DNA of 55,348 nucleotides from Fimicolochytrium jonesii. Its lineage: Eukaryota. The notes beneath the pieces are model-generated. The model did no database searches, was not told the DNA's origin, and saw nothing but the letters and a program-made list of their open reading frames with translations. Positions 33,108 through 42,675 of this stretch are shown one piece after another; positions within the stretch are counted from its first letter, which is position 1, and each line of letters opens with the position of its first letter. A program made the translations under genes and the position numbers. The stretch covers positions 744,001 to 799,348 of the forward strand of contig NW_026515679.1 of the NCBI RefSeq assembly GCF_025526975.1, given 5' to 3'.

Positions 33108-36100
33108 ATGTCTGGATTAAACAGCAGAAATTCGAGCGGTTTGCGAAATTTAAACGATACGCTGTTGAACAGCCCGTATGTTTCCGGAAATATGAAAGCC
33201 CTTAGTGGAGACACAAAACTCTCCGGATTTCATTCAGCCGAGGTGAAGACGCTCTACAACCAAAACGGCGAATTAAAAATCAACGATATTGTCGATAGCG
33301 AAGACGCGATTATTCACAAGACTAACGGAACCGCATCTGTTGAAGTAATCCCTGACAATATGGAATTTCCTCTTGCAAGAAACGATGAAAGCCGAACTGT
33401 TTCCCTTTTGACAAACCTGCCTCTTGGAGTCAATGAAAACGGTCTCAATTTGTTCCACGATAAGACTCTTTCAGTGAGCGACGAAGGTTTGACTGTAAAT
33501 TTTCCCCCAACGGATCTAGAAGATCTTCAAGAACCTTTATCAAGAGACGATGAAGGACTCAAATTAAATTTTGATGATTCATTGGAGGTCAATAATGGCA
33601 AATTGAAAGTTATCAAAGAGCCTTTGACAGCCCCGTTGACGCGGGGCATCAGCGGAATCTCTTTGGACTTTGATTCGACCTTGACAGTTGAAAACGGTCA
33701 GTTGTCTGTTGTTCAAGAAAATGTTGAAGCGATTGTTGACGAGGCTGTTCGAGTAGAAGTTCCGCTTTCGAAAGATGCAGATAAGGCCATCCGCCTCGAT
33801 TATGGGAAGGGTTTGAAACTTGAAGACAATAAATTGGAAACCGACGTTGATACAGTGATTGTTGGACGAGGGGCTATTTCGAATGATAAAGCAGGAAGTC
33901 TTGCACTCGATGACCTTCTAGAGACCGGTTTCGATTCTCTAGCGGACTTTTTGGGATCAGAAACTGATGTTGATACAACTGTTGTGCGTTTGAAGACATC
34001 TGATGATTTTCAACAGACTGGCAACAAATTGGCTATCCGCTCGAAAGGTATGGGACAGGTTCCATTCTACTCTGCTTTAAGCGGATTCAATGGAGACAGT
34101 AGTTTTACGTATAATGAAACACTCAATGAATTACATGTCCCGCATGTATACGTCAATACCGACTTCAATCCGGACAATAATCAAGTGCCAAGTACTGCCT
34201 ACGTAGAGCAATTGTACCAAGCAGGGTCAGGTATAGACATATCCGGAGTGTCCAATGGTCGGCGTACTATCGATGTTAGAACAGATGCAAGTTTAGCAAT
34301 TGACTCTTCACAAAATCTTTCAGTAAATCCGTCGGCTATCGTCGACAATAAAGGTGTTCGCATCGTCAATGATAAAATTGCGATAGGACTAACTTTTCAA
34401 CCTGGAAATGGCGGATTGAAATTAGAGAATTCGAATCAAGTGAAACTCGCTCCATCTGTCTCAGGTTCAATCACATTCGATGGTAACAACACGTTCGGTG
34501 AGAAACTCACAGCAAGTAACGGAGTTAAACGCATAGAAAATGATTTGCAGTTGGATTTACAGGCTGGTGATTCGACTGTTACGGTGACAGGCAATTCAAT
34601 AAAAGGTGCCTATACTGGATCTAATGGAGTGTCAGTTACGGGAAACACTATTTCCGGCGCCTACACGGCTGGAAACAACATATCCATTTCGGGGTCAAGC
34701 ATCAGTTGCACATATCAACCAGAACCGGAAACACCCACGGTAATTACCGGCGCTTTACCTATCATTGTTACTGGGGCGGATAAGGAATTCAACGTGTCTA
34801 AGCAGCCTTTGGTTATAACAGGGGGCTCCGGAATCCTCGTTGTTGGCTCCGAGGAAACCGGTTTCAATATCTCTTCAATTCAGCCCTACAAGAACCGGAA
34901 AGAAGATGATGATCCGGAAGAGAAAAATGAGGATTCGGAGCCCAGTGGCGAATCTGATCCTTTAACAGCATCTGGATCTAATCCCGTAGTCTCCGTTACC
35001 GGACCCCTTTCCACAATCCTTGGAGGCGCGGTTGGTCTCATTGGCCCTGCGGCTGGCGCTCCATTTGCCACATCTGCTATCGGTAGCGTCGGGGGTCTTC
35101 TTGGAGGACCTGCTGCAGCAGCAGGAATCCTTGGTGGTTTCATCGCTGCAAGTGGTCGACAAAGAAAGAATCAGAAAGACGCAAATGGCAACAATGTAGT
35201 GGATTCAAAGGGAAACCCCGTTCCAGATCCAAACGGCTCACAAGTCATCATCGCAACTTTCCCTAAAACGGATGATACATCCTGTGATGTTACGAGATTA
35301 CTTTTTGACACTCCACCTCCATGTTCGTATCTTGGTATTGCAGGAGAGATTCCACAGCAGGCTGTAAACTTGGATATGCTACGTCAATACGACTCTACAA
35401 TAATACAGCCAACGTATTCAAATTTGATCAGTCAGAATACAAGTCTTCTTCAAACTGCTATCGATGGTAAAGTTGCAAAAACAGATACCATTCCGTTTTC
35501 GAGAATAACGGGTGCTCCAGATCTCACCATCTACGAGAAGAAATTAACATTTACTGGACCTATAATTTCCAGAGATACATCTAATACCGTTTCCGTCAAT
35601 ACCGGAAATATCACTACCCTTGGGACACTCACATATCTTAACGTAACAGGCGCTTTGACCGCCGGCTCCATAAGCAGTCCTACCTTGGCAAATTATCTTA
35701 CAACAGCAAATGCAGCCACAACGTATCAACCACTTAATGCTCGTCTTACAAATTTTGGGAACATTGCACCGACAAACACGTACATGCTAATCGCATCGGG
35801 AGGGAACTTCATTCAGTACAGTCCTGCAGACGTTCGTGCGAATCTCTCATTAAAAAATCTGAGTTTGCTCGATACGTTAGACTACACTAGTGCGGCGTTG
35901 GTGAACAAACCTACGCTTGGTTCGCTTGCAGCACTTAGCAGTATAGATTACACTTCGACTTATATTACTGGAAAGCCAACTCTTGGTTCACTTGCAGCAC
36001 TTAGCAGTATTGACTATGCTTCGACGTACATTACTGGAAAGCCAACTCTTGGTTCTCTTGCAGCACTTAGCAGTATTGACTATGCTTCGGCTTTACTTAC

Positions 36101-39100
36101 AAACAAGCCTACACTTGGCAGTTTGGCGGCTAAATCCGTTATCAATCTCGCAAGTACAGATGTCACAGGTATTCTTCCTTTCGGGTCTGTTGATCCGAAC
36201 ATTGTTATTGCAGGAACCGGCCTCTCGAAAACCGCTCAGACGCTAAGTGTGAATCCTGTACAAACACAAATCACAAGTGTCGGTACTTTAACGGGTCTTT
36301 CCGTTTCTGGTTCTAGCACATTTACAGGGTCAATAACCGTACCTACTCCAACCACGGCTTCGCATGCTGTGACAAAATCATATGTGGATGGATTGATTTC
36401 TACAACGCAAACGGGAGCGCAACCGCTAAATGGAAAATTGACTGCTATTTCTTCGAGCACCGCCACTCTCAACAATTTCCTTGTAGGAGATGGAACGAAT
36501 TATATCAGTACGACTCCATCAGCATCTAGGACGGCTTTGGGTTTAGGCTCGATTGCATTGAAGAATTCTATAGATTTAGCAAACGATGTTGGGGTGACTG
36601 TCCTTCCATATAGTAATATTGATCAAACGGTTGCCCAAAAGTCATACGTCGATGGTTTAGTCTCAACTGCTGGAACGGGATTGACAAAAACAGGAAACGT
36701 TTTCAGCGTTAATGCTAGTCAAACAGGTATAACATCTCTTGGGACCCTATCATCATTGAGCGTCGGTGGGAATGCAAATATTGCTGGAGATGTCACGGTG
36801 TCAGGAAATGTAGTTGTATCAACTGTCCCGACATTGGGGACACATCTTACAAATAAGACATATGTCGATACGCTTCTAAGCGCAGGAACAGGATTGACAC
36901 GTAGTGGAAACATTTTCAGCGTGAATGTGGCTCAGCCTCAGATAACATCTGTTGGAACTCTGTCATCTTTGAATGTTGGTGGAAGTCTTCAAATTGCAGG
37001 GACGACTGATACTAGTTCAATCACAACTGGCGCTTTACAGGTCGCCGGAGGGGTTGGTATCTCGAAATCATTATACGTCGGTGGATATGGAATCATAAAA
37101 GAATCTACAGCCGGAAATGGACCTTCTGTAGGTCTTATAAACTCAAACGGTGGAGGTTGGACTTTGTGGCATATCGGTCAAACTAGTGGCCTTGGAACTA
37201 ATAATTTCGGCTTATACAACAATACTGCCGCAAATCTTGCGTTATCGGTGAATGTGACAACGAATGCACTAACTATCAATTCGGTATCCGACTCCAACGC
37301 TACAAATACTGGGGCGTTACAGGTCGCCGGAGGTGTTGGTATCGCTAAAAAATTGACCGTAGGGAGTGATGCGAGTTTTGTCGGGTCGAATCAGAGTCTC
37401 TTCTGGTACAACGGTTCAGTCTCCACACCAACATTCGGAAGCAGCATAACGGGCAACGTTTCAGCGGCAGGGTATTTTTCCTCGAATACAATTATCGGCG
37501 ACTTGGTAATCAGAGCACAATACAATAATGCTCCGGCGAACTTACGATTCGCCAACGGACCCGGCGTATCAAATCTGGACATTTTGACAAATGGAAATGT
37601 TCTAATCAATACGACAACTGACTCCTCGAACACAACAACCGGTGCTTTGCAAGTGTCAGGTGGCGTTGGTATCGCAAAATCTCTATTTGCTGGTTCAGCC
37701 GCCACGGGAAGTCATACTTTACAGGTAAACTCAACTTCCTTTGACGTTTTAAAAATTCAGAGTCTTTCCGCGTCGGGGTTTTCTTCGATCGGTTTTGTTA
37801 ACAACACAGGAACAACGGTGGGAGCATTCGGTTACGCAGGAGTCAATACGACCGCTCCAAATGCTGGAAACTTTTTCCTTTATTCGGGGTCTAATGCTAA
37901 TTTCATAATCAATTCAAATTTGCCATCTGTACAGATTCTTTCCACTATAGATTCTACTTCGACAACTTCAGGTTCACTTCAGGTGAGAGGTGGAGCGGGT
38001 ATCGCAGGGAATGTCAATCTTGGCAAAGACTTGACTGTTAATGGGACAATCTACTCCAATATTGCTTCAACCGGACCTATTGTTAGCAGCCATCTTGGGA
38101 CACCGAACTTGGCAGCGGGGAGTTTCACGACTTTACAGATTGGAGTAGGAGCGGCTACAAATAACATGGCCAGGGTATATTTCAACTATGTTGGAGCGGG
38201 TCTTGCAACCAATACGTTGGGCTTGGGATTATGGAATGCACCACAAGGTCTTACAGTGGACGGAACAGGTAAAGTTTCTATTCCTACCGGTTCTATCGGC
38301 AATTTGACAGTTTCAGGAAACATGAATTTCACCGGAAATCAAGCAATAATTTCTGCATCTGGTTCACAAGGTCCTCTCTCCATAGACCCAAATCAGTCTT
38401 CCAATCCTTATGTCAGAGTATGGGACGATTTACGGGTGGTAGGAGATTTTTCTGTGTGGAATTCAGCAGAGACCACTACTTGGTTTAAAGTCTCCGCCAG
38501 CAGTGGTAACGTCTCGGTCTTGACCACAACCGATTCCACAGCAGTTGGAACCGGTGCGTTGCAAGTCTCTGGAGGCGCTTCTGTTGCGAAAAACGTATAT
38601 GTTGGAGGTAACGTCTCGGTCTCGAACACTGCTGATGCAACCTCTAACACATCAGGCGCTCTTCAAGTGAATGGAGGCGCATCTGTAGCAAAATCTTTAT
38701 ATGTCGGGTCAAATCTTAATGTGACCGGTGATTTGAAAAGTCCGGCATTAAATTCTGTTACGACTCTAATTCCATATCCCACAACGCCAGCAACAGGTTC
38801 TTCATCTTGGAACGGCTATACAGTTACAGCCTCCAGCGAATACACGTATGCAAATGGAAATGGAAGTGATGGTTACACAGGGCACCCTTGGGACGCTTAC
38901 TCAAACGCAACAATCGCTTCCAGACTGCGGTGGGCAACTGCAAGCACTTCAACAGCAAACCTAGGACTCGATTCAACAACGCAAAGTGTTCATTACTCAT
39001 TATTGAGACTCCCGTCGGCCATTGCTATGGCTTCTCTTAAACTCACCGCCTACCTGATGGACGCCGTGGCGATGCCTACTACGTTCTCCGTGATTGCCGG

Positions 39101-39818
39101 AACAACCGAGTCGGCTATGGTAACAATCGCAACGTTTTCGAATATACCCGGTTCGACTTGGACCACTGATGGAAATACGTTTAGTTTTGCAAACACCACG
39201 CCTTATGTAGTATGGGGTTTCTCGTGGCAGTACGCGAATCAGACAACAACAGGAGGGGTCGCTATCCGCCAGATTCAATATAATCAAGCCGTTCCCAAAG
39301 CGACCCTTGTCACTGCTTCTGCAAACACTATAGATGTTTCCGGTGCGTTGACTACGGGCACATTCGCAGCAAGTGGTTCAGCAACTGTGAATTCCTTGAC
39401 ATGCAATACGAACGTATATGCTTCACAAATCATTCAATCTGCTGTTTGTATCAAAGACGGTGTTGTAGATACGTTGTTGACCAATGGAAATGGTTATACG
39501 GGGGGCTTCGGACCCATTGGATGGAAAGTCGGGATGTCTGCGGTCGTGGCCCATGCAAGTTTTATGGGGTATATGAATTCGAACAACAGTCGAGTCACGA
39601 TCACTGTTCAAATATTGGATCAATCCTCTACCGTAGTCGCCTCTAGAGCAGTCTCGTACTACTGTGATATAAACAATTATCAGACTCGCTACCCATTCAG
39701 TTTTCAAGTGCCGTTGCTCTTTTCTTCGACGAATACGCAACTTTCCGCTCGGATAATTATACCGACAAGTATCACCCTCTCGAACAGTTACTTGAACTTT
39801 TGGACGCAATGCTACTAA
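33108..39818 (+). CDS. 2236-aa fibre/spike-like virion protein
   Basis: Adenovirus-shaft-like repeats (PLSRDDEGLKLNFDDSLEVNNGKL), KSYVD motifs, repeated TTDSxxTTTGALQVxGGVGIAK, C-terminal beta-sandwich-like domain. Confidence 0.8.
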   Translation: MSGLNSRNSSGLRNLNDTLLNSPYVSGNMKALSGDTKLSGFHSAEVKTLYNQNGELKINDIVDSEDAIIHKTNGTASVEVIPDNMEFPLARNDESRTVSLLTNLPLGVNENGLNLFHDKTLSVSDEGLTVNFPPTDLEDLQEPLSRDDEGLKLNFDDSLEVNNGKLKVIKEPLTAPLTRGISGISLDFDSTLTVENGQLSVVQENVEAIVDEAVRVEVPLSKDADKAIRLDYGKGLKLEDNKLETDVDTVIVGRGAISNDKAGSLALDDLLETGFDSLADFLGSETDVDTTVVRLKTSDDFQQTGNKLAIRSKGMGQVPFYSALSGFNGDSSFTYNETLNELHVPHVYVNTDFNPDNNQVPSTAYVEQLYQAGSGIDISGVSNGRRTIDVRTDASLAIDSSQNLSVNPSAIVDNKGVRIVNDKIAIGLTFQPGNGGLKLENSNQVKLAPSVSGSITFDGNNTFGEKLTASNGVKRIENDLQLDLQAGDSTVTVTGNSIKGAYTGSNGVSVTGNTISGAYTAGNNISISGSSISCTYQPEPETPTVITGALPIIVTGADKEFNVSKQPLVITGGSGILVVGSEETGFNISSIQPYKNRKEDDDPEEKNEDSEPSGESDPLTASGSNPVVSVTGPLSTILGGAVGLIGPAAGAPFATSAIGSVGGLLGGPAAAAGILGGFIAASGRQRKNQKDANGNNVVDSKGNPVPDPNGSQVIIATFPKTDDTSCDVTRLLFDTPPPCSYLGIAGEIPQQAVNLDMLRQYDSTIIQPTYSNLISQNTSLLQTAIDGKVAKTDTIPFSRITGAPDLTIYEKKLTFTGPIISRDTSNTVSVNTGNITTLGTLTYLNVTGALTAGSISSPTLANYLTTANAATTYQPLNARLTNFGNIAPTNTYMLIASGGNFIQYSPADVRANLSLKNLSLLDTLDYTSAALVNKPTLGSLAALSSIDYTSTYITGKPTLGSLAALSSIDYASTYITGKPTLGSLAALSSIDYASALLTNKPTLGSLAAKSVINLASTDVTGILPFGSVDPNIVIAGTGLSKTAQTLSVNPVQTQITSVGTLTGLSVSGSSTFTGSITVPTPTTASHAVTKSYVDGLISTTQTGAQPLNGKLTAISSSTATLNNFLVGDGTNYISTTPSASRTALGLGSIALKNSIDLANDVGVTVLPYSNIDQTVAQKSYVDGLVSTAGTGLTKTGNVFSVNASQTGITSLGTLSSLSVGGNANIAGDVTVSGNVVVSTVPTLGTHLTNKTYVDTLLSAGTGLTRSGNIFSVNVAQPQITSVGTLSSLNVGGSLQIAGTTDTSSITTGALQVAGGVGISKSLYVGGYGIIKESTAGNGPSVGLINSNGGGWTLWHIGQTSGLGTNNFGLYNNTAANLALSVNVTTNALTINSVSDSNATNTGALQVAGGVGIAKKLTVGSDASFVGSNQSLFWYNGSVSTPTFGSSITGNVSAAGYFSSNTIIGDLVIRAQYNNAPANLRFANGPGVSNLDILTNGNVLINTTTDSSNTTTGALQVSGGVGIAKSLFAGSAATGSHTLQVNSTSFDVLKIQSLSASGFSSIGFVNNTGTTVGAFGYAGVNTTAPNAGNFFLYSGSNANFIINSNLPSVQILSTIDSTSTTSGSLQVRGGAGIAGNVNLGKDLTVNGTIYSNIASTGPIVSSHLGTPNLAAGSFTTLQIGVGAATNNMARVYFNYVGAGLATNTLGLGLWNAPQGLTVDGTGKVSIPTGSIGNLTVSGNMNFTGNQAIISASGSQGPLSIDPNQSSNPYVRVWDDLRVVGDFSVWNSAETTTWFKVSASSGNVSVLTTTDSTAVGTGALQVSGGASVAKNVYVGGNVSVSNTADATSNTSGALQVNGGASVAKSLYVGSNLNVTGDLKSPALNSVTTLIPYPTTPATGSSSWNGYTVTASSEYTYANGNGSDGYTGHPWDAYSNATIASRLRWATASTSTANLGLDSTTQSVHYSLLRLPSAIAMASLKLTAYLMDAVAMPTTFSVIAGTTESAMVTIATFSNIPGSTWTTDGNTFSFANTTPYVVWGFSWQYANQTTTGGVAIRQIQYNQAVPKATLVTASANTIDVSGALTTGTFAASGSATVNSLTCNTNVYASQIIQSAVCIKDGVVDTLLTNGNGYTGGFGPIGWKVGMSAVVAHASFMGYMNSNNSRVTITVQILDQSSTVVASRAVSYYCDINNYQTRYPFSFQVPLLFSSTNTQLSARIIIPTSITLSNSYLNFWTQCY

Positions 39819-40147
39819 GTATCAATATCAAGAACGCACGCTCGATGGTCTTTGTCTGTTCCACATAGCATTCTCAGTTGTCCCTTATCGTCTGTGATCC
39901 CTAGATACCCGCTCTTGAAAATGAAATCTTTACGGAGACGATTATTTTTCTTGGTAAAAATGGTGTAAATCTGTTTAAAGATTTCCCTGATCCCGTCATT
40001 TACTTTGATATATGCCATGTAACCGGGTTTGTTTAACATAGACCGACATATTCGTTCCAGACTATCGAGGTCTGCTACGCAAAAACGAATAACAAAAATT
40101 CCCTCGATACATTTGATATGCGAGTTGAATTCAAAAACGTTTGGCAT
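39815..40147 (-). CDS. Hypothetical 110-aa protein
   Basis: Convergent ORF overlapping the fibre stop by 4 bp. Confidence 0.55.
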   Translation of the reverse strand: MPNVFEFNSHIKCIEGIFVIRFCVADLDSLERICRSMLNKPGYMAYIKVNDGIREIFKQIYTIFTKKNNRLRKDFIFKSGYLGITDDKGQLRMLCGTDKDHRACVLDIDT

Positions 40148-40471
40148 GGCTATTGTTTAGAGTATAGTATTCAAATACTTAATTGACCGTTCAAGGATTT
40201 GTTTCGAGATGGATGACCGCTGTTCATGTTATCGGATTTGGTTCTGGTCCCGCACCAAGATTTGTTTCGAGATGGATGACCGCTGCTCATGTGGTCTATC
40301 GAGAAGAACCAAATTTCTGGGCATTCCCTTTTGTTCCCGGGAAAAGACAAAATCGTATAAACGGATCGAATTTTTGTTTCCTCTCAGAAAGGACTTTCCA
40401 TCTTCCAGGACAGCACTTTCAACCACCGGGACAACACTTTGAACATCATGAACGTTAACTCCATTATCACA

Positions 40472-40876
40472 ATGGACATTGAAGTGTTCTTAGCGATGTG
40501 TAAATACCTCTCGCTGGACGATAAGAAACAACTTGACCTTAGTTGCCGATGGATTCATAACGTGCTTCGCACTCACGTCATTACGCCAGGATGCATTATC
40601 GGCAATATCTTCTACAGTAGTTACGAATTCATCAAACTCGAATCCATTGGCGAGATATTTTGCACGTTTAGCGAGATTCATGCCAATAAAGCGAGGCCAG
40701 AGGATTTCAAAACCACCGATTATAGTGTAGGAAAATACGTTCCAGGAGACACAAGGAGCAAGAAGAGATTCAGGTTGAAGCGAAGAGAGAGGAATGTGGT
40801 CCTTAGGAAGCAAAAGCCACCTAAGGAAACTACAATTTACAAAATCTGGAAGGGCATTCCCGTTGGACTTCGATGA
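40472..40876 (+). CDS. F-box-like protein (right subterminal cassette)
   Basis: MDIEVFLAMCKYLSLDDKKQLDLSCRWIHNVL fits F-box consensus spacing. Confidence 0.55.
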   Translation: MDIEVFLAMCKYLSLDDKKQLDLSCRWIHNVLRTHVITPGCIIGNIFYSSYEFIKLESIGEIFCTFSEIHANKARPEDFKTTDYSVGKYVPGDTRSKKRFRLKRRERNVVLRKQKPPKETTIYKIWKGIPVGLR

Positions 40877-40924
40877 TTGCATTGTACCGCAGCGCAAAAT
40901 CTTGTAAATAATGTTGTAGTGTTG

Positions 40925-41739
40925 TGAATAAGATATGGTCTTCATTGGATTGATGAAGGGGGTGGTGGGGAGGCGTCATTTATTTTTCCTTTTTTTTCCA
41001 AGAGGAACGGAGAGAAACGTGTGAGGAGCATTGTTGTTCTCCGAAAGGTGACAACGTGTAAAAGTCGTATAACTTATTTCACTTTGTCACCGATCGGAGA
41101 ACAACTGGGTAGAATGTGACTGTAGCAGAAACGAAAGAGTGAATGGAGGGGTGGGTGGGGAGGCGTCATTTATTTTCCCTCTTTTTTCCAAGAGGAACGA
41201 AGAGAAACGTGTGAGAAGCATTCTTGTTCTCCGAAAGGTGACAACGTGTAAAAGTCGTATAACTTATTTCACTTTGTCACCAATCGGAGAACAACTAGGT
41301 AGATTTGACGTTAACAAAAACGAATAAGTGAATGAAGAGGTGGATGTAGAGGGACGATGTGAAGAAAGTGTCTACGGCTGTGGACGGAGGCGAAGGTTAA
41401 GTTAAAGAGGTTTGAGAGGAATGGCGGCGGTCATGAGCGGAATGGAGGGAACGCGTGACGGATTGACGGTTGACAGGACAGCGGCGGAATGACAGAAGAT
41501 GACGCAATGTGACTCGAAATGAATGGAGAGAAGTCATGTGCCGTCACGTGATCCGATGTCGTGAAGGGAGATGTTTAAATGTTGAATAAGATGATATGTG
41601 ACAATTCTTTTACTATGGGATCCGGCAGAGCAGTTTCGAACTATGGGTCAGTCCATTCTCTACTATGGGAGTCTTCTTTTTTACTATAGGATCTGTCACA
41701 GTCCACCCTATGGTATATACCATAGGGTGGACTGTGACA
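40925..41739 (-). repeat. Right TIR (815 bp) ending in the 46-bp palindrome (41694-41739)
   Basis: Reverse complement of 16671-17485. Confidence 0.93.
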
Positions 41740-42459
41740 GTTACTTGCTACCCAAAGCTTGTTCATGCGCTCAAAGCCTACTCTTCGACTTTGTCTTCGC
41801 GAATGCCCCAAACCAAGTCCAGCCTTGGGGATCGCAGTGAGACACTGAGAGGTTTACGTCAATGGCTCAACAGTCACCCGCTCCACATTACTGGCATGCG
41901 AGTTGAAGTGCGAGTTCAGTGCGCCAGGTTGGAATCAGCGGAACAGATGGTTTTGAATCTCCATTTGGACCAGATCGAGACCATTTTCCAGCACATGGGC
42001 GCAAACTCCTTGAAGCTTGTGCCGGTGGAAGAGTACTACAGTCTCATCAATGGCATCATGGACGCTGCCACCAGAGTTCTATTCAGAGGAGATCGCAATA
42101 GACAGACTACTGTGACAGACTGTCAGCGCTTCCGAGATGTTCTCAACTCTTTTGGTTTCAATCCCGGATGGTTCAAAGGCATTGCACCCGTCATTGATCC
42201 TGCTCGTGCTTGGTGGGGTCATGGGGATGGGGAAGTGCCTGATGCTGCTCCCATTGGCAATATCCGTGAACTCTTCCATCAGCATCGTGATCAGCTTCAA
42301 TGTCCCAACTGTGGAGGCTCAGCTTTTCATAGCATTGGCGGTCAGCATCGTTTCCGTCTCCGCTGCGCCAGGTACCCTGAGTGCCGTACGACTTTTGGAC
42401 AGAACCAAGTCCGTGACATGCTTGCGGAAGTCCTTTAGTACTGTTGAATGTCGTTGATA
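41740..42459. repeat. Inverted duplicate of the left flank (element B, 15951-16670), capped by telomere
   Basis: Reverse complement match, same translated ORF; ends ..GTCGTTGATA|GGGTTA. Confidence 0.9.
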
Positions 42460-42675
42460 GGGTTAGGGTTAGGGTTAGGGTTAGGGTTAGGGTTAGGGTT
42501 AGGGTTAGGGTTAGGGTTAGGGTTAGGGTTAGGGTTAGGGTTAGGGTTAGGGTTAGGGTTAGGGTTAGGGTTAGGGTTAGGGTTAGGGTTAGGGTTAGGG
42601 TTAGGGTTAGGGTTAGGGTTAGGGTTAGGGTTAGGGTTAGGGTTAGGGTTAGGGTTAGGGTTAGGGTTAGGGTTA
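42458..42675 (+). repeat. Interstitial telomeric tract
   Basis: Pure TTAGGG. Confidence 0.98.

Larger units (their letters stand above)
16671..41739. mobile_element. Full-length endogenous Polinton-like virus / virophage-like element, 25,069 bp
   Basis: 815-bp TIRs, TG...CA ends, intronless dense AT-richer genes: MCP, penton, A32 ATPase, rve integrase, YR, primase-helicase, fibre. Confidence 0.92.

Noticed and set aside
28029..39809. Antisense and nested short ORFs within the long viral genes
   Set aside because: Shadow frames of well-supported ORFs.
16671..41739. Classical Polinton/Maverick or adintovirus
   Set aside because: No protein-primed PolB or adenain-type protease motifs seen, and no AG-rich simple-repeat termini or 6-bp TSD.
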